A stretch of DNA of 64,000 nt, taken from the IMG/VR virus record IMGVR_UViG_3300044658_000058, positions 64,001 through 128,000 of that record. One strand, 5' to 3'. Under the pieces are notes generated by a model. It was not told the origin of the DNA. It worked only from the letters and a program-made list of their open reading frames with translations, and searched no databases. Every line of letters starts with the position of its first letter. The stretch's first letter is position 1. Shown here one piece after another: positions 26,601 to 36,690 of this stretch. A program made the position numbers and the translations under genes. The DNA is from a virus.

Positions 26601-29447
26601 CTCAATGGCGTAAGCTGGCGACAACGAAGGATATGGAGCGATGGTCAATGTGGCCAGAGCCATAGCGTTTGGAGGCGTAGCAGGCGTGATCGGAACGGTA
26701 GCAGGCTGACCTTCTACAATCGAGATGTTGCCCGACGAATCCATGATTACCAAGTCCTTTCGGGACATGTAATATGAATAGTCGTATGTTACCTGACCGG
26801 AAGGCGAAGGAAGATGCAGGCCACCAGATGGCGACGTGAAGCTATTTGTCTTGGCCGGATTCGATGTTGCACCAGCAACCGTTGTCGAGCTAGTAGCAGT
26901 TGCCGCCTTCACTGGACGGAAATCGAGGCTATTGCGAAGATCGTAACGGATACCGCTTGTTGGTGACACATAGACCGGAATCTGTTGTGTCAAGATAGTG
27001 GTATCTGAAATCGTTGAATCATCTACAGGATATGAGTCTACAGAGAAGTATCCCAAGCCCTGTGTGAAGGAAGGTTCGAAGTGGTCAAGGCATACCAAGA
27101 GATAATCACCCGAACCAATAGGTGAGATAGGAGTGATCGACGCATGATCATACATGTTGTCACGCTGGCCATTGTCGAAAATGAAATTGTCTGTTACATC
27201 AGTTCCATCGGTCGAAGCCGAGAAAGCAGAGCTTTTCAGGCGAACAGAACGAATTTTGTATACGTCTGCGATACCAAGGTTGAATGGGCCGGTTGTGCCA
27301 GATGTCGCACCATCGATCTTCACGTAACGTGATGGACGAAGCAACTTCGCTGTTTCACGGGCAGTTGTCTTAGTCAAACGCAATGTCGCTGTAGCGGCTG
27401 TTGTGCCGGAAAGCGTTTCCTTCATATCGAATGAGGCGCTTGTTGACGAATTGATAGTGATTGTTCTATCTGTTCCGGCGTCTGCCCCCTTGCCGGTGAA
27501 GTCTACAATATCACCGATTTTGTACTGTTTTGTAATGGTCTGACCGGTCACGGTTGGAACCGCAGCCGTCGTCTTCAACACAGTATCACTTACGATTTGA
27601 GCGATATAGAACGTACCTGTAACGGTAGAAATAGAAATTTTATCACCGACATTCAAACGAGTGAAAAATGTCGATGTACCGTTTACAGTTGTATTGGCAT
27701 GAGTGGCAACTGTGCCCGGCAGTGTCTTGGTAGCAGCGGCGTCCAAAGAGATGATGATTTCTTCTTTGTCGTCATCAACCAAGCCGCCAATGCCATATGG
27801 GAAGATTTCATCAACCGCACCAGTATTGATGGTGAACGTACCGCCAGAGGCGATAGAAATTGGGAATGATTTGGTAAACGAATAAGAGGTATCGACGTTA
27901 CCGCCCGAATCTCTTACTGTTTTGACCGCACCAGCGCCTATGTCATAGATCGAAGCGTCCAGAGATGTTTCGAGAAGAACAGCCGTGTTTGAAATGGGAT
28001 CAAGAACAACGTCGGCACCAAGGTCCGCAGTCGAAGCATTGTTTAGATACAAACTGCGAACAGAAGAGAATGCACCGTTCGACATTTGCACATCAAACAA
28101 ATAGATGTTATATTGAGCGGAAGGCGTTCCGGCAACACCAGAATGAAGTTCGATACCACGAATCTTTGCTTTGCCGATGGCAGCGCCAGTCTGTGCCGCA
28201 GAAGAGAAACCAAGACTTGTCAAGCGTGTCTGTGGAGTGTTGTATAGCCACACCACGGAAGCACTGTTCATGTCCCATGAGCCGCAAAGTTCCTGAACAC
28301 GCAAATAGTTACCCATGCGAGTACGTGATACTTGGTTGCTGATATTCTGCGCATCGATAGCCTTGCGAACATCAGTGTACTTTGTCACCAAAGTTTCAAT
28401 GTCATAACCCTTGACATACGCCAATCCGGGCTCTACACCGGCAACCAACAAAGAAGTGTTACCAGTTGTCGTGTATAGACCCTGATTTGTTCCGTTGTCC
28501 TTATGTTCACGGATACGAACGTTCAAACCGGTTGCATAGAAGTCACCGCAATCAGCGGCGGTTCTTCTAGCCAATTCATCACGTATGGCCGAATATTGAG
28601 TTCTTTCGTATGTGACTTCCAAAATACCGTCACGAATACGGAACAATTCCACAAAGTTTGGTGGACCAGAGATATCGTCTAGATCGGTCTTGGCCAAAAC
28701 GGCTTCAAGTTTGAAACGGTCGGCACCGGGAGCCGCATAGTTGTATGCGCCGAGCGCCGGATCATTCAGAGAAGGATCATCGACTGCCGTTACGATGGAT
28801 TCTAGAACATTGAAACCGATACGGGCGGAAGGTGTTTCCGAATATCTGTCGAGGATGATGGTCTGCTTTACGAATGTAACGAAGTGATCTTTCGAGAATA
28901 CAATGCCATCGTCGATGGTAAAGGTCGAACCCTTACCGGTAGCGTCTGTTGCAAATACAACAGCATTACCAGATGTTGACGTTAGAATTTCGCCATCGGC
29001 AAAAACTTTCGTAACATTATCTGTACCAGATGAAAGATAGCGAACAAAGAGAGTTTTCTTGTCTGTAGCGGCCTGTGCACCATCGGCTACAGACACAACA
29101 TAAGCCTTGACACCGGTAGTCGCACCTGTCATTGTAGCACCGACAAGATTGTCAACGATCACGGCACCGCCACCTGATGTGGTATCGTTGATTTTCACAT
29201 AATCAATGTCAGTGTCGATGTGGAACTGTCCACCAGCTACCAATGAACCTTCTTTGAAGATATGTTCCGCAAATCTATCGATCTGCTTTTGTAGCATTGT
29301 TTGTAGCTGCGTTAGTTCACGGGCCTGAACAGCAATCGATGGCTTGAAAACAATACGATAAAAACCCTTGGTTTGATCGTAGTCGTCGTACCAAGGGTTT
29401 ACGTTAAAGTCAGTATTGTAGGAAAAGCTGATAGTATTTGAAGCCAT
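23607..29447 (-). CDS. Large baseplate/virion structural protein (DUF4815/VrlC-like)
   Basis: PWYDDYD..VQARELTQLQTMLQ, APGADR, DRFKNGIFVD, VPRVADLRLIAL. Confidence 0.9.
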   Translation of the reverse strand: MASNTISFSYNTDFNVNPWYDDYDQTKGFYRIVFKPSIAVQARELTQLQTMLQKQIDRFAEHIFKEGSLVAGGQFHIDTDIDYVKINDTTSGGGAVIVDNLVGATMTGATTGVKAYVVSVADGAQAATDKKTLFVRYLSSGTDNVTKVFADGEILTSTSGNAVVFATDATGKGSTFTIDDGIVFSKDHFVTFVKQTIILDRYSETPSARIGFNVLESIVTAVDDPSLNDPALGAYNYAAPGADRFKLEAVLAKTDLDDISGPPNFVELFRIRDGILEVTYERTQYSAIRDELARRTAADCGDFYATGLNVRIREHKDNGTNQGLYTTTGNTSLLVAGVEPGLAYVKGYDIETLVTKYTDVRKAIDAQNISNQVSRTRMGNYLRVQELCGSWDMNSASVVWLYNTPQTRLTSLGFSSAAQTGAAIGKAKIRGIELHSGVAGTPSAQYNIYLFDVQMSNGAFSSVRSLYLNNASTADLGADVVLDPISNTAVLLETSLDASIYDIGAGAVKTVRDSGGNVDTSYSFTKSFPISIASGGTFTINTGAVDEIFPYGIGGLVDDDKEEIIISLDAAATKTLPGTVATHANTTVNGTSTFFTRLNVGDKISISTVTGTFYIAQIVSDTVLKTTAAVPTVTGQTITKQYKIGDIVDFTGKGADAGTDRTITINSSTSASFDMKETLSGTTAATATLRLTKTTARETAKLLRPSRYVKIDGATSGTTGPFNLGIADVYKIRSVRLKSSAFSASTDGTDVTDNFIFDNGQRDNMYDHASITPISPIGSGDYLLVCLDHFEPSFTQGLGYFSVDSYPVDDSTISDTTILTQQIPVYVSPTSGIRYDLRNSLDFRPVKAATATSSTTVAGATSNPAKTNSFTSPSGGLHLPSPSGQVTYDYSYYMSRKDLVIMDSSGNISIVEGQPATVPITPATPPNAMALATLTIAPYPSLSPAYAIESDRQDLACTVKKTAFRNYTKRDIGVLDERISNLEYYNQLNLLEKQASDLSILDDNGLDRFKNGIFVDTFRDHSQGAITNPDYAIVVDPKEQSIRPQFDMDSVGYQYISGSGVQQSNNLITLPYTEVAFIQQPYATTTRNSTNAVYSFIGLLTLTPDSDVWVDTVQLPDTMVGGTTPTNVPPMQTTWDSWQTTITGYKVYNNSTGALIGTYTTEAAALSAAQTTSNRTGQSTKIEQFGSQTRTGTTTTSSVVSTTENLGNKVVDVSIIPYIRPQTILLSARDVKPNTRLWVYVDDELMSDYTTPANSSYVATGAEGSNWVSGSDGKAYGLLRFPDSGKRFRTGTKKVRVSDSPTNEDDSTTYALAYFTASGLIQQKQDTILSTNVVVTSQDDVTQTGGVQGNSTIVNPVVNRSTTDTGSRGGNGSATGNRDCLAYTFFISAPTTEEGVFLTSFDLYFEAKNPLYGAWFEIREVDNSGNITRNTVPYSVVTLESSQISVSDDASVAQRIYFQCPIFLYNNVEYALVIHPTATNPDTYLWIMKLGEADVTTGQNVVSRKYTGTLFDTNNNMDWVPVPNADLKVTFYRADFTTNSTGTANFGNKPFEKFIMSSVTSDFDMFGETVRGQNRITISGNTAAIAVGNRLVGATSHANSQVVAISAGTYRLTANSIMNYTAGETLTIKSNTGTTRGTATLATVSYPSGSLYSFRDVTANLIHLELRDTTGYWEDGEIIIGSASGDRGTIGSKIPIKYSVVDFEPNYLTFQNTSLGWTMKGTSNTNSLDSTSIAVVSDDNNFFTSEKHLLGRSKEVDLISSARSNQAVASIVSSTPYVSPVIDLNRTHGVFVHNIVNANTANETAPSGGAAQNKYICKTITLAEGQDAEDLKVYLTAYRPPNTDILVYAKIANNEDSDTFDSHDWIQLETSDTVFSSISNTDDWIEYEFGFSPTIMTGLYGAVQYTNSNNVAFSGFKQFSVKIVLTSTNSAMVPRVADLRLIALQM

Positions 29448-29477
29448 CTTTGTCTTTAATTATGAGGAAATATCAAT

Positions 29478-29485
29478 TATTTATA
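29478..29485 (-). promoter_or_regulatory. T4-type late promoter
   Basis: TATAAATA. Confidence 0.72.
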
Positions 29486-29492
29486 AGAGATA

Positions 29493-31001
29493 TTATAGAT
29501 TGATTACGAGACGGAAGTTTTCTTCCTGATTCACCGAACGAACAATTGGCGATCTATTTTCGACATACAAAAGAGAGCCGGAATATTTCTTTAGCGGTGA
29601 TGTCACGATAGAAGCTATTGTAGCTGTTGCCGCAGATGTTCCGCCTGTGATTGTTTCCGAAGTCGAGAATGAACCAACGACATTTGTTACGATAATTGAA
29701 GAACTATTCGCATTTTCAACATACACGCCTGTCGCACCAGATGTTCCGCCTGTGATCGTTTCGTCGGGAAGGAACGTTCCGGATTGAGAAGTCAGGTTGA
29801 GTTTTGGAGCGACAAGATATGATGTGTCCGTGGCGATAGCGTTGTTCGCCAACAATGGGTTGGCCAAAACACCGATGATACGGAAATCGTTGTTTGAGAA
29901 AAACTTACCAGCTTCGTCACCAGAAAATTGAACGAACATCATCACATTATAGCCGTTCAATTCATAGACTGCATTAGAACCGTGTCCACCGTTTGGTGAC
30001 AATTGCGCCACTACGGAAGCGCCAGAGCCCGTGTTGGCTGTAACCGCCAATGTTGCTCGTCTGTATCCCGAGCCTTCGTTAACAACTTCGACGGTCGAAA
30101 TTGAGCCATTCGAAACGGTCGAATAGGCAGAGAAACCAGTGCCATCACCAGATGTGACAGAGATGGTAGGCGATACCAGATATGCCGAACCGCCGTTTGG
30201 AGCGATAGAGAATGCAGGGGAAACGGTTGCGATCTTCGAAGCACCAGAATAGTTGGTGATCACACGCTTCTGACCAGCGCCCGTGCCGGACGTGATATAA
30301 ATTGATGAACCCACATAGATGCCACCGGTTGAGTTAGCGGTAGGAGCGAGTGTAACTTTTGTGGTGTTAGCCGTCGTAACCGTGCCAGAATTCGTCTTGT
30401 AGTTGGCACCACCAGCCGCCACACGCACTGTCGAAATTGAACCATCAACGGCGGCGGCTTGAACGTCCCATTGGAAAGAACCATCATCGGAAGTCAATTT
30501 CTTCAATGGGACAAAGGTCGTTGTCACATATTTGACGGCATCCGGAGCGGAAACTTCGCCCATGAATTTCCATTTATAACCATCGCCAGTCGAGAAAACC
30601 GAAGTCAGACGGCCAGATGGCTTGACAGTAGATGGAGCGCCTTTGTTGTTGTACATGCACTTGTAAAGATTATATTCATCGGTTAGAACGAAGAATTGAC
30701 TATCTTGAAATGCTGTATCGGTGTTATATTCAGTATAAACTTGCCCGCTTGTCCAATTATAACGTGGTCCCGCAAAAGTTACATCACCAGAAGCTACCTT
30801 CTTTGTCGAAATAATGTTATCCCAAATCTGGTATTCGGATGCATTCACCGAATCTACTGGTGCGGGAGGATTGTTGTCGTCAGTCCAAGGTTTTGGACGG
30901 CCAATAAACACATAGAGATTTTCTGACCCTACTTCATCGAACAGTTCTTTGAATTGTTCGGCTGCAAAAAGTCGAAATCTCTTGGTAATAGTTCCTGTCA
31001 T
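29493..31001 (-). CDS. 8: Baseplate wedge subunit (gp8)
   Basis: YVFIGRPKPW, PRYNWTSG, YKCMYN, DGYKWKFM, YVENRSPI. Confidence 0.9.
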   Translation of the reverse strand: MTGTITKRFRLFAAEQFKELFDEVGSENLYVFIGRPKPWTDDNNPPAPVDSVNASEYQIWDNIISTKKVASGDVTFAGPRYNWTSGQVYTEYNTDTAFQDSQFFVLTDEYNLYKCMYNNKGAPSTVKPSGRLTSVFSTGDGYKWKFMGEVSAPDAVKYVTTTFVPLKKLTSDDGSFQWDVQAAAVDGSISTVRVAAGGANYKTNSGTVTTANTTKVTLAPTANSTGGIYVGSSIYITSGTGAGQKRVITNYSGASKIATVSPAFSIAPNGGSAYLVSPTISVTSGDGTGFSAYSTVSNGSISTVEVVNEGSGYRRATLAVTANTGSGASVVAQLSPNGGHGSNAVYELNGYNVMMFVQFSGDEAGKFFSNNDFRIIGVLANPLLANNAIATDTSYLVAPKLNLTSQSGTFLPDETITGGTSGATGVYVENANSSSIIVTNVVGSFSTSETITGGTSAATATIASIVTSPLKKYSGSLLYVENRSPIVRSVNQEENFRLVINL

Positions 31002-31025
31002 TGTTTATCCTGAAAATGTTTCTTA

Positions 31026-31033
31026 TATTTATA
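31026..31033 (-). promoter_or_regulatory. T4-type late promoter
   Basis: TATAAATA upstream of gp8. Confidence 0.7.
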
Positions 31034-31050
31034 CTGTTTATTGGATTGAA

Positions 31051-33528
31051 TTATCCGATTCCGGGCAACTGGAAGCCTCGGAAATCACACACAAAAAGGC
31101 TAACTGGACGTGACGGATTACCAGCACCACGCCATGTCGAAGCAAAGACCAGACGTTTACCGGTTGGCGACAGAGAACCATGCGGTTCGTTGTCATAGTC
31201 GGCGTTAACGCCACGCTGATTATGGCATAGGCGTCCCTTAGCAGAACCATCCTTGGCAATAATGATTTCTTCACCCACGTATGGGTCGCCAGAGTCATCA
31301 AAATAATCGTTGGCAATCCAAGCTCCGCCACGATAGTTCGTAGCGCTTGTGTGATAGCCATAAGGAATGGAGTTGATCGTCACCTGTGAACCATCAGAAA
31401 GCTTACGTTTGATGATAACACCACCGGACATAGCACCATAAGCGTATTCTGTAGTTCCTTCCACACCCAAGCTATGGTGACGTGGTTGTCCAACTTCTGA
31501 CCAAGTGTTGATAATATTTGTGCCAGTGATATCGAGAACAACAGCCGTTTCATCGTCAAAATAAACAAGCATATAGTTTTTGAGAGGCGAGATAGAAACC
31601 TGTCCAAGGTCCATTGTTTTTGTCGGCCAACGTGCTGCAACATCATTCACAGTTCCCATAGTGTCTGTTGAAATTGTGTATGGGAAGAATATGTTGGCGC
31701 TGTCCGAAACTCTTTGGCCCTTAATCGGGAAGATATCGTTATCGTATGATTGTTCACCTTTAAGAGAACCGATATAGAGATTTTTGTACGTTCCTGCCCA
31801 TGAGCGAATTAACGTGCTAACGTTTGTTCGTGGATAGTAGTAGTACAAGCTGTTATTTGTTACATAAACCATTCTATCGGGATCGTTTCTGTCCCAACGA
31901 CCTTCAACCCAACCGGAAGGTCTTGGATGAACGTATGCAACTTCGTACGTTTCGCCATCCAAGAAAATAACGTCACTTTGACCGGTAGCCGGACCACCAG
32001 AGTTCGTTTCAATGAACATGAGACTTTCGTCGGCGTTCCAAACTGGAAACTTCATGTATTGATGATGGACGATATCACCCCATACAGAGCCGCTTGAACC
32101 TGTTAGATAAGTGCCCGGATCACCAGAGATACGAGTGATTGTTGTTCCGAATGTCGGATCGATATAAGGATCAAGGTAATCTGGTTTTGGATTGTCCGTA
32201 GGTGGCGGCAATGATGCCGTGTTGGTTATCAGATTTTGTAATGGTTCCTCGGAGATTTGGTAATGTAAATCGTTCGCTGCACCAAATTGATATGGCTGCG
32301 AAAGCACCAAAACAGTATTATTCACAACCTTTTGCGCAAAATGATATGTGTTTGCGGAATTGTTTACGTCCAAGATTTTGATTGCTGTCCAGTCTTCCAT
32401 ATCAAATGTAGAAGCATTCGAGAGGAATACTGTGTAATCTTCGAAGGTAGAAAAAGCGGGCATATTTCCAAATGTTTGGAAAGCCGGTTGACTTCCCCAA
32501 AATCCTATCGAATTTTGCTTTTCAACACTCTGGGTGCCAGATTGCGTAACCCACGTGCGAGGCTCAACATCATCGGTAATGTTGAGATGTGTTCTTTCAT
32601 TAAGCAACAATTCGTAAGAAATTGTGATCTTTGCGACATCACCGACGTTATCAAGATTTGATAGAAGCGAAAGATTGATGGAAGAAAGATCGGCAGTCGC
32701 AAGCATATCGACGGCACCGAAGAGCTTCGTACCAGCCGGGTGAACCAATTGCGTGGCTACGGATTCATATTCGGACAATGCATGAGAAGAACGAATTTGG
32801 TACGAATATTCTTGGTAGAAAAAGTTATCTTGAAGATATTTGTTAGAAGATAAGAAACCGTCAGTTCCGATCCAACCACCGGGATACGTGACAAGCTCTG
32901 TAACAAACCCAATTTGTTCGCCTGTATTGTCATTAACAATACTTTCGTTTACTTCAAAAGTTCCAAAAATATTGTTGATGTAAAGTTCATTTGTTTGGAC
33001 TTCATTCACAACATATGAAATAAATTTATCTTTTCTTGCTGTCGCATTGGATGAAGTGCCACGAATGACCACAATATCTTCCATTTTATCTAAGCTTGTG
33101 GTCAGTTTCAATTTCAGAGAACGCTCTATAACCCACTTACCATCCGAAGCTCTAAGAATGTCTTTGCCCGGATAGTAATAAGAAACTGTTTCGTCGCCAT
33201 ACAGAATGCGGAAAAGCATATTGTAAGCTTTTTCCGTGCCACGGGCACGATAGAAGTCTACAATATTTTTAATAAGCAAACGATCATCGACCAGCGTGAC
33301 CGGTATGGACTTCATGAATTCATTGCGCATGAATTGGAAGTATTTTTCCGGAATCAAATCGGCGTCTTTGTAGTCTGCTAATTTGCGAGAGACTTGTACA
33401 GGATTTTCAAATTGTTCAAGCCACTGATAGTAACATTTAATGAAGTTAACCAATTCTTCGCCATCCCGATTCCAGAAATCGGGCACTTGTGATTTAACAA
33501 AGATGGAGATAGAATTGGACTGTGCCAT
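31051..33528 (-). CDS. 7: Baseplate wedge protein (gp7-like) with a C-terminal beta-propeller domain
   Basis: IVDFYRARGT, LRASDGKW, LQDNFFYQEYSY, VHPAGTKLFG; C-terminal DPTFGTTITRIS..HGSLSPTGKRLVFAS. Confidence 0.8.
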   Translation of the reverse strand: MAQSNSISIFVKSQVPDFWNRDGEELVNFIKCYYQWLEQFENPVQVSRKLADYKDADLIPEKYFQFMRNEFMKSIPVTLVDDRLLIKNIVDFYRARGTEKAYNMLFRILYGDETVSYYYPGKDILRASDGKWVIERSLKLKLTTSLDKMEDIVVIRGTSSNATARKDKFISYVVNEVQTNELYINNIFGTFEVNESIVNDNTGEQIGFVTELVTYPGGWIGTDGFLSSNKYLQDNFFYQEYSYQIRSSHALSEYESVATQLVHPAGTKLFGAVDMLATADLSSINLSLLSNLDNVGDVAKITISYELLLNERTHLNITDDVEPRTWVTQSGTQSVEKQNSIGFWGSQPAFQTFGNMPAFSTFEDYTVFLSNASTFDMEDWTAIKILDVNNSANTYHFAQKVVNNTVLVLSQPYQFGAANDLHYQISEEPLQNLITNTASLPPPTDNPKPDYLDPYIDPTFGTTITRISGDPGTYLTGSSGSVWGDIVHHQYMKFPVWNADESLMFIETNSGGPATGQSDVIFLDGETYEVAYVHPRPSGWVEGRWDRNDPDRMVYVTNNSLYYYYPRTNVSTLIRSWAGTYKNLYIGSLKGEQSYDNDIFPIKGQRVSDSANIFFPYTISTDTMGTVNDVAARWPTKTMDLGQVSISPLKNYMLVYFDDETAVVLDITGTNIINTWSEVGQPRHHSLGVEGTTEYAYGAMSGGVIIKRKLSDGSQVTINSIPYGYHTSATNYRGGAWIANDYFDDSGDPYVGEEIIIAKDGSAKGRLCHNQRGVNADYDNEPHGSLSPTGKRLVFASTWRGAGNPSRPVSLFVCDFRGFQLPGIG

Positions 33529-35402
33529 TAAAGAGTTACCGTGTTCGAAATACCGTCAACATCGATTAGAGTTTCGTTGCCGATCACTTGCACAATGTCG
33601 GTAAAGATCAATTTGTTCTGTGTAACATCGAACATGTTGAATGTAGGATGGGACAACAGAATGATTTGATTGTTCTGTGAGTATATATCTGTAGAATTCG
33701 GTTGTGCCGAAATAACCACTTCATCATCATAATCTGTGAAGATGAAGGATTTCATGCTCAATGTGCCGTTCAGATAATCGACGGTTCCAACGTTGCTATC
33801 GTAATAGTTCTTTGTGGAACCTACCATATAATAGAGGCGTAGGACGCCGTTTCCGTCGTCATCGAGATACATGGTTTGGTCAGAACCGGCGATTTCAAAA
33901 CCATTCGAAGAGATGCACCCTTGGTATCCGGCGAAAGGACAATATAGCCTGTTTTGAAAGTCCACATTGTAATTGAATTTAGAGTTGATGACCGGTGCAA
34001 AACGTTTTTCAATGGTGATAGAGACTTGGTTAGATTCAATTGCGTTATCCGAATTGTCGATCATTGTTGCGAATTTAGACTGACGGAATCTATTGCCGAA
34101 AACGCCAAGTTCTGTTGTTTCAAAGTTCTGAACATTTGTTGCGATCTTCGAAAAGAGTTCATCGACTGATAGAAGCGATGTGGTGGAATTGTAGTTTACC
34201 TGAACCACTGGCTTGACAAACAGGAACACGGGGTCGATAATAGCGGGATCAATCGACATTGGATTGAATTTTTTAATGTCGTTGATGATTTCCGATTTTC
34301 TGTTCTGTGTGATGACGAAGCCGGTCACTGGCTTCACGGCGATGATCGATTTTCCATACAATGGAGGATTATGTGTTTCGCCACCCCAAACGTTCACGGC
34401 TTCAATATCCGAATAATTTGAAAGGATGAAATTTTTATAGTCAGCCGCAGTGATCAATCGATTCTGAATTTCGAAGTTTCGAGGTGCATTGAACTTGATC
34501 GAATCGATGGTTTCTTCGTCCTGTCCCTCACGGGCACGAAGATTAACATTCACAATGTTGCAAATGTACTTTACGGTTGGGCTGTCCTTGTTGTATCCTG
34601 TGTAGCCAATTTTGGAGAATGCATAGGCGTTGTTTGGGGCTTCACCATTGCAAGCACGGAAAGTGATCGTTACAATGTTATTCAGATCAAGAGCCTTGCC
34701 TAGAACACCGTCACCGAAGTAAATTTCATAGAAACCATTTGAATTCTTTTGCAAATAATAGACGGTTGAAGTTGCTGAAACTTCCGTAGCATCCTTCACC
34801 AAGGTATATGTTGTCTTGGTTGTCGATGTTGAAGAAGCCTGAACTTCCACCTTCATGGTAGAAGTGTCCACACCGGCAACCGGAATTTCATATAGCTTGC
34901 GAGAGGCGTTTACCGTGTATTTGTTCGAAAGAACAATGCCTTCATAGATATCAATGTTTTTTTGATAGACGCCACCATTTGATTGAACAGAATAATCAGC
35001 AAGGGTTGAAAAGTAATAAATTACGCCATCAATAGTTGTAGAAAATTTTGTGTAGGCTGGAATGATGATTTCGGACGGAGAATCGTTTGGACTAAAAGAA
35101 ATAGCCAATTGTGCCGTTGCTGAACGGGCTGAACGTGGTGTGTAATTCAACATTTTTGAAATGGAGTAAACTGACTCCTTCATAATGGCAGAATCGAGGA
35201 AGGTTTCGTTCGCCACCATATTCAAATAGAAAGAATTATAGTATGTATTGTATGCAAGCACGTCTAGCAATGTAGACATGGTTGAGCCTTCGAAGTCAAA
35301 GTCGGTAAATTCGGGTTTGGCTCTCAAAAAGTTTTTGAGATTATTCTTGATTTCAAAGAAACCAAGTTCAGAGACTTGAAGGTTTGTATTTGCTAATGCC
35401 AT
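33528..35402 (-). CDS. 6: Baseplate wedge subunit (gp6)
   Basis: FTDFDFEGS, LAYNTYYN, EIYFGDGVLGK, QNRLITAADY, WGGE. Confidence 0.95.
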   Translation of the reverse strand: MALANTNLQVSELGFFEIKNNLKNFLRAKPEFTDFDFEGSTMSTLLDVLAYNTYYNSFYLNMVANETFLDSAIMKESVYSISKMLNYTPRSARSATAQLAISFSPNDSPSEIIIPAYTKFSTTIDGVIYYFSTLADYSVQSNGGVYQKNIDIYEGIVLSNKYTVNASRKLYEIPVAGVDTSTMKVEVQASSTSTTKTTYTLVKDATEVSATSTVYYLQKNSNGFYEIYFGDGVLGKALDLNNIVTITFRACNGEAPNNAYAFSKIGYTGYNKDSPTVKYICNIVNVNLRAREGQDEETIDSIKFNAPRNFEIQNRLITAADYKNFILSNYSDIEAVNVWGGETHNPPLYGKSIIAVKPVTGFVITQNRKSEIINDIKKFNPMSIDPAIIDPVFLFVKPVVQVNYNSTTSLLSVDELFSKIATNVQNFETTELGVFGNRFRQSKFATMIDNSDNAIESNQVSITIEKRFAPVINSKFNYNVDFQNRLYCPFAGYQGCISSNGFEIAGSDQTMYLDDDGNGVLRLYYMVGSTKNYYDSNVGTVDYLNGTLSMKSFIFTDYDDEVVISAQPNSTDIYSQNNQIILLSHPTFNMFDVTQNKLIFTDIVQVIGNETLIDVDGISNTVTL

Positions 35403-35407
35403 TTATA

Positions 35408-35809
35408 TTAACGTGTTCTCTCTAGAAATAGGGAAATCTCAACCGGATGTTGAAAACTTAATGGTTTAATTGTCACTGTGACTTCGAAAGAATTAGCGTC
35501 AAGATTGTCCGTCAATGTGATTGAGAGCAATTCTGCACGTTCCGCATAATTCGCAATCACATCAGATATGGCCGTTTTGACTGTCTGAATTGTTACAGGA
35601 TCAAAATCTTCGAAAAGGGCTTCGTTTAGGCCACCATAGACTTGTGGACGAAACAAAGTTTCATAATGGTTTGTAAAAATCAGATTTTTGACTTGCTGCT
35701 TGACCGCATTTTCATTACGAACAACGCTTACCGCTCCGGTTTCCGGATGGGGCACAAATTTCAGAGACAAATCCCTATAAACATCTTTTTTCGTAAGCTT
35801 TGTAACCAT
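35408..35809 (-). CDS. 25: Baseplate wedge subunit (gp25)
   Basis: YRDLSLKF.PHP..NENAVKQQVKNLIFT..LERTR. Confidence 0.9.
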   Translation of the reverse strand: MVTKLTKKDVYRDLSLKFVPHPETGAVSVVRNENAVKQQVKNLIFTNHYETLFRPQVYGGLNEALFEDFDPVTIQTVKTAISDVIANYAERAELLSITLTDNLDANSFEVTVTIKPLSFQHPVEISLFLERTR

Positions 35810-36091
35810 TTAAGCCCCTATTGTTATTTGGGTTTGCGACGATACCACTGTTGATGCTCCACAATATCGAGAGTCGCCATGTCGATGAATTGCCTTTCCG
35901 GCAACCGTCCACTTTCCGGAGCCGCTAGAGGAATTTGTAGTGCCGCTCGGATGAAACAAATTATCCGATGAAGCTACAGTATCCACCGTCGTTACCAGCT
36001 TTCCGCCGACTGTCCATTTTGTTTGTGGAGGAGTCTGCAATGCTCCACCACCATGCGAATTAAGATCGCCAATCAAAGCTAAAAGCGGAAT
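35810..36091 (-). CDS. PAAR-like spike-tip protein (gp5.4), probable ATT start
   Basis: LIGD..SHGG..HRHGD..CGA; AGGAG lies 7 nt before the in-frame ATT at 36091. Confidence 0.8.
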   Translation of the reverse strand: MPLLALIGDLNSHGGGALQTPPQTKWTVGGKLVTTVDTVASSDNLFHPSGTTNSSSGSGKWTVAGKAIHRHGDSRYCGASTVVSSQTQITIGA

Positions 36092-36115
36092 TTTATATCT
36101 CCTTTTTGATATTGA

Positions 36116-36123
36116 TATTTATA
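36116..36123 (-). promoter_or_regulatory. T4-type late promoter
   Basis: TATAAATA. Confidence 0.72.
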
Positions 36124-36205
36124 CTGAAATAGCCTTTCTGAAATTCCGCACTTGACAAGTTTCAAGAGAATGATCATATTAGATTGGAATTGACGGGAGT
36201 TTGGA

Positions 36206-36457
36206 ATGACGTTTGCAGAAGCCAAGGAACAGAAAGCAGCGCTAGAAAAGGCGGTTCATGAAACCGGAGCGGTGCTTAAGGCTTATCCGAGAAATGCGAT
36301 GGGTCTTGTTCCCGAATCGGTGCGCATAACACCTGAATATCAGGCACAGAGAAAGGCGTATCAGGCGGCATTCTCTGAGCTACAGTCCTTCAATCAGGTT
36401 TACGTCGTCCGTTTCGCAAAGGAAATCAAGGACGAACGGCGCAAGAGGTTTTCATGA
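36206..36457 (+). CDS. Hypothetical early protein
   Basis: TTGACA(36152)-17-CATATT promoter and GGGAG RBS. Confidence 0.75.
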   Translation: MTFAEAKEQKAALEKAVHETGAVLKAYPRNAMGLVPESVRITPEYQAQRKAYQAAFSELQSFNQVYVVRFAKEIKDERRKRFS

Positions 36458-36690
36458 AAGATTGGAGCAAAATTAGCACTGACGATATCGCTCTTCGTAT
36501 CTACAATCGTGCTATGCGATTGGCCCGTTTGATAGATATGAAGAATGCTCCACTTTGGGTGATCGCTAACGAAAAGAAAATTCTGGACGACGCCTATACG
36601 GCTTGGGCAAATCGAACTGGCGCTAAGCCAATAAGCTTAGAGGAACCCACGGATAGCGGACAAACCGGAAGTGGTGAGTCCAGACACTAA
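36454..36690 (+). CDS. Hypothetical protein
   Basis: ATGA coupling to the upstream gene. Confidence 0.6.
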   Translation: MKDWSKISTDDIALRIYNRAMRLARLIDMKNAPLWVIANEKKILDDAYTAWANRTGAKPISLEEPTDSGQTGSGESRH

